From Candidatus Moraniibacteriota bacterium (GTDB lineage Bacteria; Patescibacteriota; Minisyncoccia; Moranbacterales; UBA2206): 64,000 bases of DNA. The position numbers were made by a program, and so were the translations under genes. The notes under the pieces were generated by a model that made no database searches, was not told the DNA's origin, and saw nothing but the letters and a program-made list of their open reading frames with translations. Shown piece after piece: positions 1-8,551 of this stretch. Within the stretch, counting starts at the first letter, position 1; each line of letters begins with the position of its first letter. The stretch covers positions 68,095 through 132,094 of the forward strand of contig JAUSNP010000006.1 of assembly GCA_030645735.1 (NCBI GenBank), given 5' to 3'.

Positions 1-39
1 CGATGAAGAGTAAATAAAATCGCAGCGTAATTTGAAATT

Positions 40-933
40 ATGATTGGAGAATTTAATGGACTACAAGGAGGTGAGATAATAAAAAAGACTGAATCGGTGT
101 ATACGGCTGATCAGCTTTTGAAAATTAAAAAATATGAACAATGGATTGCAGATATGCAAAATCAGGAAGCTAGGGATGTAGAAAGTCAAAATGAAACGGA
201 CGAGGATGAAGAAGATAATCAAATAGATGTAGCGGAAGATTCTCAATGGCAAGATCATGAATTGGTCGATAAGTCATATCCGGAATACGACGCACGTAGA
301 TGGATAAAACTTGTTGAAAGTGAAAATAGGGATACCGTAGCGCAATACTATAATAATCTTGGATTGTCAGATGAGATGCTTTCGCAAAAAGAAAGAATTC
401 TTGACATTGGTTCAAATATGGCTGATTTCGCAGCACATTGCAAAGCGCAAGGAATTAATAATGAAGTTATTTCACTCGAGCCTGAACTAATGAATCATCC
501 TGGAATTGAAGCGGCTCAAAAAATGTATTTAGGTGATGAGTTGTGTGATTATATTAAAAGTAGAACAGTTTCTGGGGTTATGGAAAAATTGCCATTTAAA
601 GATGCCTCAATTGATTTGATCGTTAATCATGCGGCTATGCCAGGGTTCAATCATTCTATGTATAGAATTGAAGAGATGAAAGAAAGTGTTAATGATGCGT
701 TCGATGAAATTATCCGAGTCCTTAAAATTGGCGGAGAAGCTAGAATGTTTCCCTTACCTGATTCAATAGGTGAGCGATCTCAGTGGCGACCAGCCATTGA
801 TAGAAAATTATCTGAGATGGAAAAGGCTGGAATATGTAGTTTTAGAATCGAAGATGTTGCTAGTTCAGAAACCGGAGGATTATTGGGTAAAAGAGTTATT
901 GTGAAAAAAGTTAAGGAATTTCTGGAAATTTAG
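40..933 (+). CDS. hypothetical protein, possible class I SAM-dependent methyltransferase fold
   Basis: 297-aa ORF. The segment ILDIGSNMADFAAHC resembles methyltransferase motif I, and the N-terminal region is acidic. Confidence 0.4.
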   Translation: MIGEFNGLQGGEIIKKTESVYTADQLLKIKKYEQWIADMQNQEARDVESQNETDEDEEDNQIDVAEDSQWQDHELVDKSYPEYDARRWIKLVESENRDTVAQYYNNLGLSDEMLSQKERILDIGSNMADFAAHCKAQGINNEVISLEPELMNHPGIEAAQKMYLGDELCDYIKSRTVSGVMEKLPFKDASIDLIVNHAAMPGFNHSMYRIEEMKESVNDAFDEIIRVLKIGGEARMFPLPDSIGERSQWRPAIDRKLSEMEKAGICSFRIEDVASSETGGLLGKRVIVKKVKEFLEI

Positions 934-974
934 GATTTTAATTTGAGATTAAAAAAAATAAGAGACAAGCATTA

Positions 975-1003
975 TCTTTCCATACGACCATATAAGGAGG
1001 GAT
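975..1003 (+). promoter_or_regulatory. conserved hairpin motif copy 1 (tctttCC-ATACGACCATATA-aGGAGGGA), 37 nt upstream of the 1040 start
   Basis: Shares the core CCATACGACCATATAAGGAGG with three other copies in the window. The 3' arm is SD-like. Confidence 0.6.
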
Positions 1004-1039
1004 TGTGCGGAGTGAATATAAAAATAAAATTGAAACAAA

Positions 1040-1435
1040 ATGTCGAAAGTGCGTGTCTATTCAATTGATAAAAATGAAAGATATCAAGCGGTGGGTGATT
1101 TGTTTGAGATTATTGTGAATCTCAGAACCAAGAAAGAGGTTATCGATTTTCTGATTGGTTTATTTACTCCTAGTGAGATGTTGATGATTGCTCGACGCAT
1201 TCAGATTGCTGGGATGTTGTTGGAGGATGACAATTATGAAATAATAAGAAAGAAGCTGAAGGTTAGCAACCAAACAATAAGCAAGGTTGAGTATTGGTTG
1301 AAAAGTGATGAGCAAAAAAACAAAATTATTGTAACTAAGTTAAATCAAATCAAGAAATCTAGCAAGGGCAAATTGAACAGAAGTGTTCTGGATAAATTTG
1401 CGCATCACCGCGCGCTAAAAGAACTAATAAGTTAA
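1040..1435 (+). CDS. YerC/YecD-family TrpR-like DNA-binding protein
   Basis: 131 aa. LFTPSEMLMIARRIQIAGMLLE...NQTISKVEYWLK fits the Trp-repressor-like HTH of the YerC/YecD family. Confidence 0.6.
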   Translation: MSKVRVYSIDKNERYQAVGDLFEIIVNLRTKKEVIDFLIGLFTPSEMLMIARRIQIAGMLLEDDNYEIIRKKLKVSNQTISKVEYWLKSDEQKNKIIVTKLNQIKKSSKGKLNRSVLDKFAHHRALKELIS

Positions 1436-1436
1436 A

Positions 1437-1465
1437 TGCTTCCATACGACCATATAAGGAAGGAT
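1437..1465 (+). promoter_or_regulatory. conserved hairpin motif copy 2 (CTTCC-ATACGACCATATA-AGGAAGG), abutting ATG 1464
   Basis: Imperfect inverted repeat (CTTCC / GGAAG pair) flanking an invariant 13-nt loop. The 3' arm doubles as an RBS-like AAGGAAGG. Confidence 0.6.
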
Positions 1466-2564
1466 GATGTTGAGGTTACGAGATATGAAAAAAGGAAAGA
1501 TGAAGATACTTTTTATTACAAGAACAAGAACGGCAAGGGGCGGCCATATTGTTTTTACAAATCTCGTTCGGGAATTGCATAAAGAAGGATATGATGTGAC
1601 ACTGACGACTTTTGAGTCAAAAGAAAAGATGAAGAGAGTTGTTCCATATTGGGAAAATATTGATGTTAATTTTGTTGAAATACCCCATCTAGAGGATCGT
1701 GATTCTGAGCAGATGGCTCATATTGAAGCAGCTTCTGTCTACATTAGAGAAAATATAGATAAGTTTGACAAAATAATTTTAGATAGTTGGTTCATAGCTA
1801 TGGCTGCGTTGAGGGAAAATATTTTTTCTGATAAAATTTTCCATCTAGTTCAGAGCAATTCGGCTTTTGCGCCTGAGAATAAGGGAGAATTTTGGAAATC
1901 AGAATTGTTCAATTTATTGCCATTTACACCCATGAACAGAATTATCGTTTCTGAATCATTGGCATTACATTTTAAAGAGAAGTATCGTAAAGATTTTAAA
2001 ACTATGCATTTATTTCTGGATGAGGTATATTTGAAAAATGAGTTTAATGTTAAATCTAGAGAGATATTAAAAATAGTTTCTTCAAGTGCAACTTTTAATC
2101 TTGCAACGAAGGGCTTGAATTTCTTGTTAGAACAATTAGAAAAAGTTAAAGAACTAAAATTTGAACTAACTCTTGTTTCTGGAGATGTGATAAAAAAAGA
2201 TTTGAGCGTATATTCTTTTCCAATAAAGGTGGTGGGCGCAAAAAATCCGACTGAGATGGTCGAAGAACTTGGCAAGCATGATGTTTATGTAAATACTTCA
2301 ACGAAAGAATCTTTTTGCCTGGCGCTTGCGGAGGCTATGGCAATCGGTATGCCAGTCGTAGCCTTGGATTCTGTGGGTAATCGTGAATATATGGATGGCG
2401 AGAATGCAATTTTTGTAGAAAAAGAAGAAGATTTTATCCCTGGACTTTTGAAAATGAAAGACATAGAATTTAGAAATAAAATAAGTGTGAAAGCAAAAGA
2501 AAGTATGCGCAGATATACACTTAAAAATTCAGTTAAAAGTTTGAAGGAGATTGTAGGTATTTAG
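1464..2564 (+). CDS. glycosyltransferase family 4 (GT4, group 1)
   Basis: NTSTKESFCLALAEAMAIGMPVV...ENAIFVEKEE is a GT4 EX7E-type C-terminal motif. The true start is probably ATG 1500 (MKILFIT) after AAGGAAAG. Confidence 0.8.
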   Translation: MMLRLRDMKKGKMKILFITRTRTARGGHIVFTNLVRELHKEGYDVTLTTFESKEKMKRVVPYWENIDVNFVEIPHLEDRDSEQMAHIEAASVYIRENIDKFDKIILDSWFIAMAALRENIFSDKIFHLVQSNSAFAPENKGEFWKSELFNLLPFTPMNRIIVSESLALHFKEKYRKDFKTMHLFLDEVYLKNEFNVKSREILKIVSSSATFNLATKGLNFLLEQLEKVKELKFELTLVSGDVIKKDLSVYSFPIKVVGAKNPTEMVEELGKHDVYVNTSTKESFCLALAEAMAIGMPVVALDSVGNREYMDGENAIFVEKEEDFIPGLLKMKDIEFRNKISVKAKESMRRYTLKNSVKSLKEIVGI

Positions 2565-2572
2565 ACAAATAT

Positions 2573-2606
2573 TCATCCTTCCATACGACCATATAAGGAA
2601 GGATTA
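2573..2606 (+). promoter_or_regulatory. conserved hairpin motif copy 3 (TCATCCTTCC-ATACGACCATATA-AGGAAGGATTA)
   Basis: 9/10-bp stem with the same 13-nt loop, 44 nt upstream of ATG 2650. Confidence 0.6.
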
Positions 2607-2649
2607 AAAAAGATGGGATATATAATAAAGTTAAAGTCGAGGTAAATTT

Positions 2650-3015
2650 ATGGGCATCAAGGTTGAGTTTAATCCAGATCTGGCGTTGCGGGATATTGCG
2701 GAATTTAAGAATGGCAATCGCAAATTGGAAGAATGTGTTCCAGAAAATTTGGAGATTGGAAAAGTTTATGATTTTTTGAAATCAGGCCAGCGTTTGTATT
2801 ATTTGAGTGATAGTGAATTTTATGGCAATGGTCAATTGCCGCTTATGAAAACCAGTGGTAATGAAAATCTATCACGACCATTGGCGAGTATAAAAATTTT
2901 AGAGGCGACACATTTTTTAGATCAGGGTGAAGTGTGGACGAAAGGAAAATATAAAGTCATCGAGATTTTTAATGATGATAAAATTCATTTTGAAGCATGC
3001 AAAATAATTGGGTAA
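2650..3015 (+). CDS. hypothetical protein
   Basis: 121-aa ORF downstream of hairpin motif copy 3. No recognisable motifs. Confidence 0.4.
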   Translation: MGIKVEFNPDLALRDIAEFKNGNRKLEECVPENLEIGKVYDFLKSGQRLYYLSDSEFYGNGQLPLMKTSGNENLSRPLASIKILEATHFLDQGEVWTKGKYKVIEIFNDDKIHFEACKIIG

Positions 3016-3027
3016 AAGATAAAATTC

Positions 3028-3348
3028 ATGGAATTTAAGAAAATTGAAAGTGGTGTGCTCAAAACCGCAAGAGATTATTCAGAGAAATATGGAATTGAAG
3101 CTGATGCTGATTTTGCTATGCATAAACTTTATGAAGAAGTCGGGGAGTTGTCCGAAGCTTATTTAACATACAAAAAGAAGAGTCGTCCAGAAAAATTTAC
3201 AACCGAAGCTGAAGTTAAAAATAAATTAGCATATGAATTGGCGGATGTCGCGGGAATTGTCATGGTGATAGCGGAAAAATTAAACATTGATTTGGAAGAT
3301 GCAATTAATCGTAAATGGATCATAAAAGAATGGGAAAGAAAGAAATAA
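3028..3348 (+). CDS. MazG-like nucleotide pyrophosphohydrolase
   Basis: EEVGELSEA and ELADVAGIVMVIAEKLNIDLEDAI fit the MazG-family EEXXE/D helices. Confidence 0.7.
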   Translation: MEFKKIESGVLKTARDYSEKYGIEADADFAMHKLYEEVGELSEAYLTYKKKSRPEKFTTEAEVKNKLAYELADVAGIVMVIAEKLNIDLEDAINRKWIIKEWERKK

Positions 3349-3995
3349 TAAAAAAAATAGAAATTGAGGCCAAGAAGTTTTTTGTGGGCGCGAGCGGTTG
3401 TCATGATTGGACGCATGTAGAGAGAGTGCGCGTACTGGCTATGCGGATCGGTAAAAAAGAAAAAGCGGATTTGTTTGTTTTGGAAACAGCTGCGCTTCTA
3501 CATGACATTGGGCGTAAGGAAGAATTGAAGGCGCAGGGAAGTTTTTGTCATGCAGAAAGAGGTGCGGAAATAGCAAAAGTTATTTTGAAAAAGTACGAAT
3601 TTAATCAGGAGCAAATTGATAATATCTTTCATTGTATCCAATCTCATCGTTATCGAAACAGCTATGTCCCAACAACACTAGAGGCAAAAGTACTGTTTGA
3701 TGCAGATAAGTTGGACTCGACCGGTGCAGTTGGTATAGGTAGGCTATTTCTTTTTGCAGGCAGTTCACATGGCTCCGGCAGGTTGCATTCTGGCAATGAG
3801 AAAAAATTAGCAAAAACCAAGAAGGATTATTCATTCACAGTTGAAGATACTGCTGCGATGGAATATTATACCAAGATTAAAAATATTGAAAAAAGAGTCT
3901 TGACTAAATCTGGCAAAAAAGTAGCTCACGAAAGACAAAAATTTGCAGCCGATTTTTTTCGAAGACTTGAAAAGGAAGTAGAGGGAATAATTTAA
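3315..3995 (+). CDS. HD-domain phosphohydrolase
   Basis: HDWTHVERV, LLHDIG and DADKLD form the H...HD...D metal-binding motif series. It overlaps the 3' end of the upstream gene; M at 3330 is an alternative start. Confidence 0.75.
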   Translation: MDHKRMGKKEIIKKIEIEAKKFFVGASGCHDWTHVERVRVLAMRIGKKEKADLFVLETAALLHDIGRKEELKAQGSFCHAERGAEIAKVILKKYEFNQEQIDNIFHCIQSHRYRNSYVPTTLEAKVLFDADKLDSTGAVGIGRLFLFAGSSHGSGRLHSGNEKKLAKTKKDYSFTVEDTAAMEYYTKIKNIEKRVLTKSGKKVAHERQKFAADFFRRLEKEVEGII

Positions 3996-3999
3996 ATTT

Positions 4000-4395
4000 A
4001 TGCATAGAAGTGTTGCGGCAATTATAAAAAATGAAAAAGATGAAATTCTGATGTTGGATCGGAAGAATTTTCCGTTTGGCTGGGCATGTCCAGCGGGACA
4101 TGTTGAAGAAGGAGAGGAACCGGAAGAAGCGATGGTGCGCGAGGTGCAAGAGGAGACTGGTCTTGATGTGACAAAATTTAAATTAATTTTGCATGAATTC
4201 TTGGATTGGAATGAATGTAAGCGCGGAGTGAAAGGACATGATTTTTTTGTGTATGAAATCACTGGATGGACAGGTGAAATTGAGCAGAACAAATTGGAAT
4301 CCAAGGATCTTCAATGGAAAACAATTTCAGAAATAAAAAATATGCAACTCGAGCCAGCGTGGGAATATTTTTTAACTAAACTAAAAATGATTTAA
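4000..4395 (+). CDS. NUDIX hydrolase
   Basis: Nudix box GHVEEGEEPEEAMVREVQEETGL. Confidence 0.85.
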   Translation: MHRSVAAIIKNEKDEILMLDRKNFPFGWACPAGHVEEGEEPEEAMVREVQEETGLDVTKFKLILHEFLDWNECKRGVKGHDFFVYEITGWTGEIEQNKLESKDLQWKTISEIKNMQLEPAWEYFLTKLKMI

Positions 4396-4399
4396 TCGT

Positions 4400-4819
4400 A
4401 TGAAAATAACACTTTTAGGAAGTATTTCTGTTGCGGATAAGATGGTTGAGATTGCGGAAAAATTGAAAGCACTCGGACACGAGCCGTTGATGCATGAGAA
4501 AATGTATTTGATTGGCAGAGGCGAATTGAATGAGGTCCCAGATGGAGTTGAGCACGCGGATGTTAAAAGAAAAAATAATTATATCAAATTCTGGTATAAT
4601 TTGATTGTGAGTGGGGACGCTGTTTTGGTTTGTAACTTTAATAAAAAGGGCGTGCCGAATTATATTGGTGGAAATGTTCTGATGGAAATGGGGTTTGCGC
4701 ATGTGAATGATAAAAAAATATTTTTATATAATCCAATTCCCACTGGAGTTTCCTACGTTGATGAAATTGAAGCTATGGCGGACGTTGTAATTAACGGTGA
4801 TTTAAATCTAATCCAATGA
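4400..4819 (+). CDS. nucleoside 2-deoxyribosyltransferase-like protein
   Basis: MKITLLGS N-terminus and the VLMEMGFA segment resemble the NDT family catalytic Glu context. The match is weak. Confidence 0.45.
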   Translation: MKITLLGSISVADKMVEIAEKLKALGHEPLMHEKMYLIGRGELNEVPDGVEHADVKRKNNYIKFWYNLIVSGDAVLVCNFNKKGVPNYIGGNVLMEMGFAHVNDKKIFLYNPIPTGVSYVDEIEAMADVVINGDLNLIQ

Positions 4820-5355
4820 CAGAACTGAGGATTGTAAAATTTTTTAATCGGTTGGGGCGAGGGACGGCAATTGATTGGGTAACTGATTTTGTCAGTCGAA
4901 TTTTGTATTTGGCAGTTTTCTGGATGCTTTTTGCAATTGCGATTTTTTTCTTGGCAGAAAATGGAAAAATTATTGCGCTTGCTATGACTATTGCGGCTGG
5001 ATTGCATTTTCTGATTAGCGAAGGCGTGTTTAAGCGTTTGTTGTTGAAATATTTCGCAAAGATTCGACCATATGTTGAGCATCCAAAAGAGGTTTTTCCT
5101 ATTGGCCGAAGACATAGTGATTCATCCTTTCCATCTAGTCATATGTCAGCCAATCTAGCCGTGTTTACGGTTCTAGCATATTTTTATCCGAGTATGTGGC
5201 TGATTATCACATTGCTTGTGTTGCTGATAGCTTTCGCGCGCTTGCACAATGGTATGCATTATTTATCTGATGTGGTGGCGGGCATAGTTTTTGGGATTGT
5301 GTATGGAATTGTAGGAATTTATTTGTCTAATGCTGTTGTAAGCGCGTTGCTTTGA
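4816..5355 (+). CDS. PAP2-family phosphatase (membrane)
   Basis: KIRPYVEH, PSSH and ARLHNGMHYLSDV match the three PAP2 motifs KX6RP, PSGH and SRX5HX3D. Multiple TM helices. Confidence 0.8.
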   Translation: MTELRIVKFFNRLGRGTAIDWVTDFVSRILYLAVFWMLFAIAIFFLAENGKIIALAMTIAAGLHFLISEGVFKRLLLKYFAKIRPYVEHPKEVFPIGRRHSDSSFPSSHMSANLAVFTVLAYFYPSMWLIITLLVLLIAFARLHNGMHYLSDVVAGIVFGIVYGIVGIYLSNAVVSALL

Positions 5356-5411
5356 TTTTTTTAAAAAACTGGTATAGACTGGGTTATATAACAAATTTAT
5401 AAAGTATTTGT

Positions 5412-6734
5412 ATGTTGGATATCAAATTTATTCGAGAAAACGCAGAAGAAATCAAGAAAGTGATTGAGCTCAAAAGCATTGATTTGAATTTGGATGAACT
5501 TTTGGCCATGGATGAAAAAAGACGGTTGTCCATGCAATATATTGAAGAGTTGAGCGCGGAAAAAAATAAGCTCAATGATTTAATGCAAAAAGCCACCCCA
5601 GAAGAGCGTGCAACTTTGATCGAGCAAGGCAAGGCAGTCAAAGAAAAAATGGAAACAGTTGAGCCGGAATATCGAAACTTGAAACATGAATTTGAATCTT
5701 TGATGGTGCGTGTGCCCAATGTCATTTCAAAGGATACGCCGATTGGCAAAAGTGAAGATGAAAATGTGGAAATTTTTAAAACAGACAACATTCCACAATT
5801 CGATTTCACGCCGAAAGATCACATCCAACTCGGAAAAGATTTGGACATCTTGGATTTGGAACGTGGAGCGAAAGTGGGTGGCTATCGTGGCTATTATGTG
5901 AAAAATGAAGGTGTGTCCTTGATGATGGGTTTCATGATGTATGCGATCAACAAGATGATGACCAAGGGATATTCTCCGATGATTGTGCCGACTTTGGTGA
6001 AAGAATTTTCTTTGTTTGGCAGTGGTTATTTCAAAGGCTTGGAATACAATCAGGAGGTGGATGAAATTTACAAAGTGGCTTCTTCAGAAAAAGAAGTGAC
6101 CGGCGAAGTCAGCAAGGATAACAAATTTTTAGTCGGCACTGCTGAACCATCTTTGTTGGCCTATTATGCTGACGAGGTTTTGCAAGAAGATCAGTTGCCA
6201 CTGAAGATGTGTGGCTATTCACAATGTTATCGCAGTGAAATTGGTAGCTATGGCAAAGACACCAAGGGTATGTATCGTGTGCATGAGTTCATGAAAGTGG
6301 AGCAAGTCATCTTGTGTGAAGCTGACAACAAAGAAGCGGAAAGATTGCAAGATGAAATGGTGGCTATTTCTCGTGAGATGCATGAAGAACTTGGTTTGCC
6401 CTATCGACAATTGGCAATTTGCACCGGGGATTTGGGCGCTGGCAAATATCGTCAATATGACTTGGAAGCTTGGATGCCTGGACTCAATCGCTTTGGCGAA
6501 ACTGGTTCAGCCAGCATCTTCACTGATTGGCAATCACGCCGGCTCAATGTGAAATATGCCGACAAAAATGGTGATCGAAAATATGTTTACATGTTGAACA
6601 ACACTGCTTTGCCAAGTCCAAGAATTTTCATTGCCATCTTGGAAAATCATCAACAAGCTGACGGTTCAATCAAAATTCCAGAAGTCCTGAAAAAGTTTAT
6701 GCCAGTAGCGATGGATTATATCACTAAGAAATAA
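5412..6734 (+). CDS. serS: seryl-tRNA synthetase
   Basis: 440 aa with an N-terminal coiled-coil arm. Class II motif 2 is YRSEIGSYGKDTKGMYRVHEFMKVEQ. Confidence 0.95.
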   Translation: MLDIKFIRENAEEIKKVIELKSIDLNLDELLAMDEKRRLSMQYIEELSAEKNKLNDLMQKATPEERATLIEQGKAVKEKMETVEPEYRNLKHEFESLMVRVPNVISKDTPIGKSEDENVEIFKTDNIPQFDFTPKDHIQLGKDLDILDLERGAKVGGYRGYYVKNEGVSLMMGFMMYAINKMMTKGYSPMIVPTLVKEFSLFGSGYFKGLEYNQEVDEIYKVASSEKEVTGEVSKDNKFLVGTAEPSLLAYYADEVLQEDQLPLKMCGYSQCYRSEIGSYGKDTKGMYRVHEFMKVEQVILCEADNKEAERLQDEMVAISREMHEELGLPYRQLAICTGDLGAGKYRQYDLEAWMPGLNRFGETGSASIFTDWQSRRLNVKYADKNGDRKYVYMLNNTALPSPRIFIAILENHQQADGSIKIPEVLKKFMPVAMDYITKK

Positions 6735-6756
6735 ACATTCAAAAATAAGTCCTTAA

Positions 6757-6786
6757 AAAAGTCTCAACTTGAGACTTTTTTTGTGG
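6757..6786 (+). terminator. rho-independent terminator after serS
   Basis: AGTCTCAACTTGAGACT hairpin followed by a T-run. Confidence 0.7.
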
Positions 6787-6876
6787 CCAAAATTGTAGTA
6801 TAATACAGTAGGTTAATAATTTAATTTATCCGATTGAATTTCCTGAGTATTTAGGACTGGCTTCTGGCCAAATTCA

Positions 6877-7578
6877 ATGGAGAAAATAAAAAAAATGAAG
6901 AAAAAAATGTTGGTCATGCTAGCGCTTGTAGTGTTGGCGACGTCTGGTGGCCTTGCTACTTTTGCATCTGCCGAAGAAGTGGCTCAAGATGAGTCAACTG
7001 TGCTTGTGGCAAGTAATCAAAAAATGACTCAGCAACGAGAAGTGAATAAATTGGAATTGCAACAGAAGCGGGATGAAATGAAGGCGCAACGGGAAGAGAC
7101 AATGAAACAAAAAAGAGCAGAAAGGTGCGAGATGGTTCAAAAGCGGATTGCTGAGCGAGCAACTAGCGTTGACACCGCCAAGGAAAAGCATCTAGCAGTC
7201 TATAAAAATATGCAGGCTCGAATTCAGAAGTTCATTGATCGCTTGAGCGCAGCAGGCATGGATACGACAAAGGTGGCTGCTGATTTGACTGTGTTGCAGA
7301 CAAAAATCCAAAAATTCACTGATGATCAAAAAGCATATGAAGCAACTATGGATGCTGCCAAAAATTTTGCGTGCGGTGAAACTGATATCGCGGTTGTAGC
7401 CGACGCCAAAACAAAGATGCAGACAGCTCGAGCAGCTTTGAAAGTTGTGCATGCGGATGCAGCGGATATCAGAGTTTTTATGCGCCAGACAGTTATGGTG
7501 GATATCTTGGCTTTGAAAAAACAAGTTGCTGAGACTAAGCTTGAGGATGCAGAAAAAGCTGTGACTGAGAAAAACTAA
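6877..7578 (+). CDS. secreted coiled-coil protein (hypothetical)
   Basis: Signal peptide MLVMLALVVLATSGGLATFASA, then K/E/Q-rich helical repeats. Confidence 0.5.
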   Translation: MEKIKKMKKKMLVMLALVVLATSGGLATFASAEEVAQDESTVLVASNQKMTQQREVNKLELQQKRDEMKAQREETMKQKRAERCEMVQKRIAERATSVDTAKEKHLAVYKNMQARIQKFIDRLSAAGMDTTKVAADLTVLQTKIQKFTDDQKAYEATMDAAKNFACGETDIAVVADAKTKMQTARAALKVVHADAADIRVFMRQTVMVDILALKKQVAETKLEDAEKAVTEKN

Positions 7579-7672
7579 AGTTAAAGCAAGGACTTAGACA
7601 GCAATTGAAGCTGAATCAATAGAATAAATAATTAAACTTTAGTTTTTCTTTCAATTAATTAGAATAAAAAAT

Positions 7673-7936
7673 ATGAAAAAAATATTTACCATTTTGGGAT
7701 TGACCTTGTCGGTTGTTTTGCTAGCTGGTTGTAGCAGCAAGACTGAGCCTCAAAAAGAGAGTGGTGCGCCGGCGCAAGTCAAAGAAGCTCCAGCAGCAGT
7801 TGTTTTGCCAGAAGCTGTTGTAACCAAGCCAGGTGAGACTGCCGATGACGAGGTGAAAAACATTGAAAAAGACTTGCAATCCATTGATGATGTCAGTCTA
7901 AATCAAGGGCTTTCAGATGATGACTTGGGACTATAA
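7673..7936 (+). CDS. small lipoprotein (hypothetical)
   Basis: Signal peptide with an LLAGC lipobox. Confidence 0.55.
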   Translation: MKKIFTILGLTLSVVLLAGCSSKTEPQKESGAPAQVKEAPAAVVLPEAVVTKPGETADDEVKNIEKDLQSIDDVSLNQGLSDDDLGL

Positions 7937-7946
7937 AAAAACCTAT

Positions 7947-7975
7947 TTGACCTCCCGCTGGTTACCCTGTATACT
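7947..7975 (+). promoter_or_regulatory. sigma70-type promoter (TTGACC-17-TATACT) directly upstream of structured element A
   Basis: -35 TTGACC at 7947-7952, a 17-nt spacer, and -10 TATACT at 7970-7975. Confidence 0.6.
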
Positions 7976-7990
7976 CAATAAAGTGCCTTA

Positions 7991-8147
7991 GAACCTACTC
8001 ATAATCTCCATATTCTGCTGCGAAATTGAAATTCCGGCTGCAAACCGTTCAAAGCTCGTCGGGTTATATGATAGCCCTTCTCGCTTTTCACGATTTTCGC
8101 TCGAAATTTCAATCTCTCGCGACGAAAGAGAGATTATGAGTAGGTTC
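7991..8147 (+). repeat. structured inverted-repeat element copy A (candidate ncRNA / MITE-like), 157 nt
   Basis: 18-bp perfect terminal inverted repeat GAACCTACTCATAATCTC / GAGATTATGAGTAGGTTC. An internal ~80-nt core is about 85% identical to copy B at 23844-24028. Confidence 0.7.
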
Positions 8148-8182
8148 TCGGAGTTATCAACAGGGCAAGAAATAGCGGGGGG

Positions 8183-8211
8183 TTGACAAGTTTTTCGGGA
8201 CTTGCTAAACT
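8183..8211 (+). promoter_or_regulatory. candidate rRNA promoter P1 (TTGACA-17-TAAACT)
   Basis: -35 at 8183-8188 and -10 at 8206-8211, about 410 nt upstream of the 16S gene. Confidence 0.5.
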
Positions 8212-8551
8212 ATCTGAGTACTGGAATTTAAGGCTCTAGTTATAAAAATTTAACAACAAAACGGGGGAAGCTATCAACGTAAAAATTGATTAGGGTGAAT
8301 GTAGAAAATACAGCAATAAAAATATTGTAAAATGTTTTTACCGCTGTGTTTTTTGTTCCCACCGGCAGGTGAGTCGAAAAATAGCTTCCTTAAAAATTGA
8401 ATATACATGTATATGTTCAGAATCTGCATCTGATAGAATTAGTAGCTCTATCAGAATGTGGTAAAATAAATCGCAATTTTTTGTGATTAGTCCTTTCCTA
8501 TCACCTTCGGGTGGTTTGATAAGAGCTAAAAACTTTTGAAGTCGCAAGACT

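Noticed and set aside
975-1003. The CCATACGACCATATAAGG motif as a sigma70 promoter (TATAAG as -10)
   Set aside because: Upstream sequences at the correct 16-18-nt spacing are not -35-like in any of the four copies. The inverted-repeat structure explains the conservation better.
8338-8547. 69-aa minus-strand ORF in the 16S leader, and 83-aa minus-strand ORF 9211-9462 inside the 16S gene
   Set aside because: They lie inside rRNA leader or rRNA sequence. They are chance ORFs with no SD and no conservation signal.
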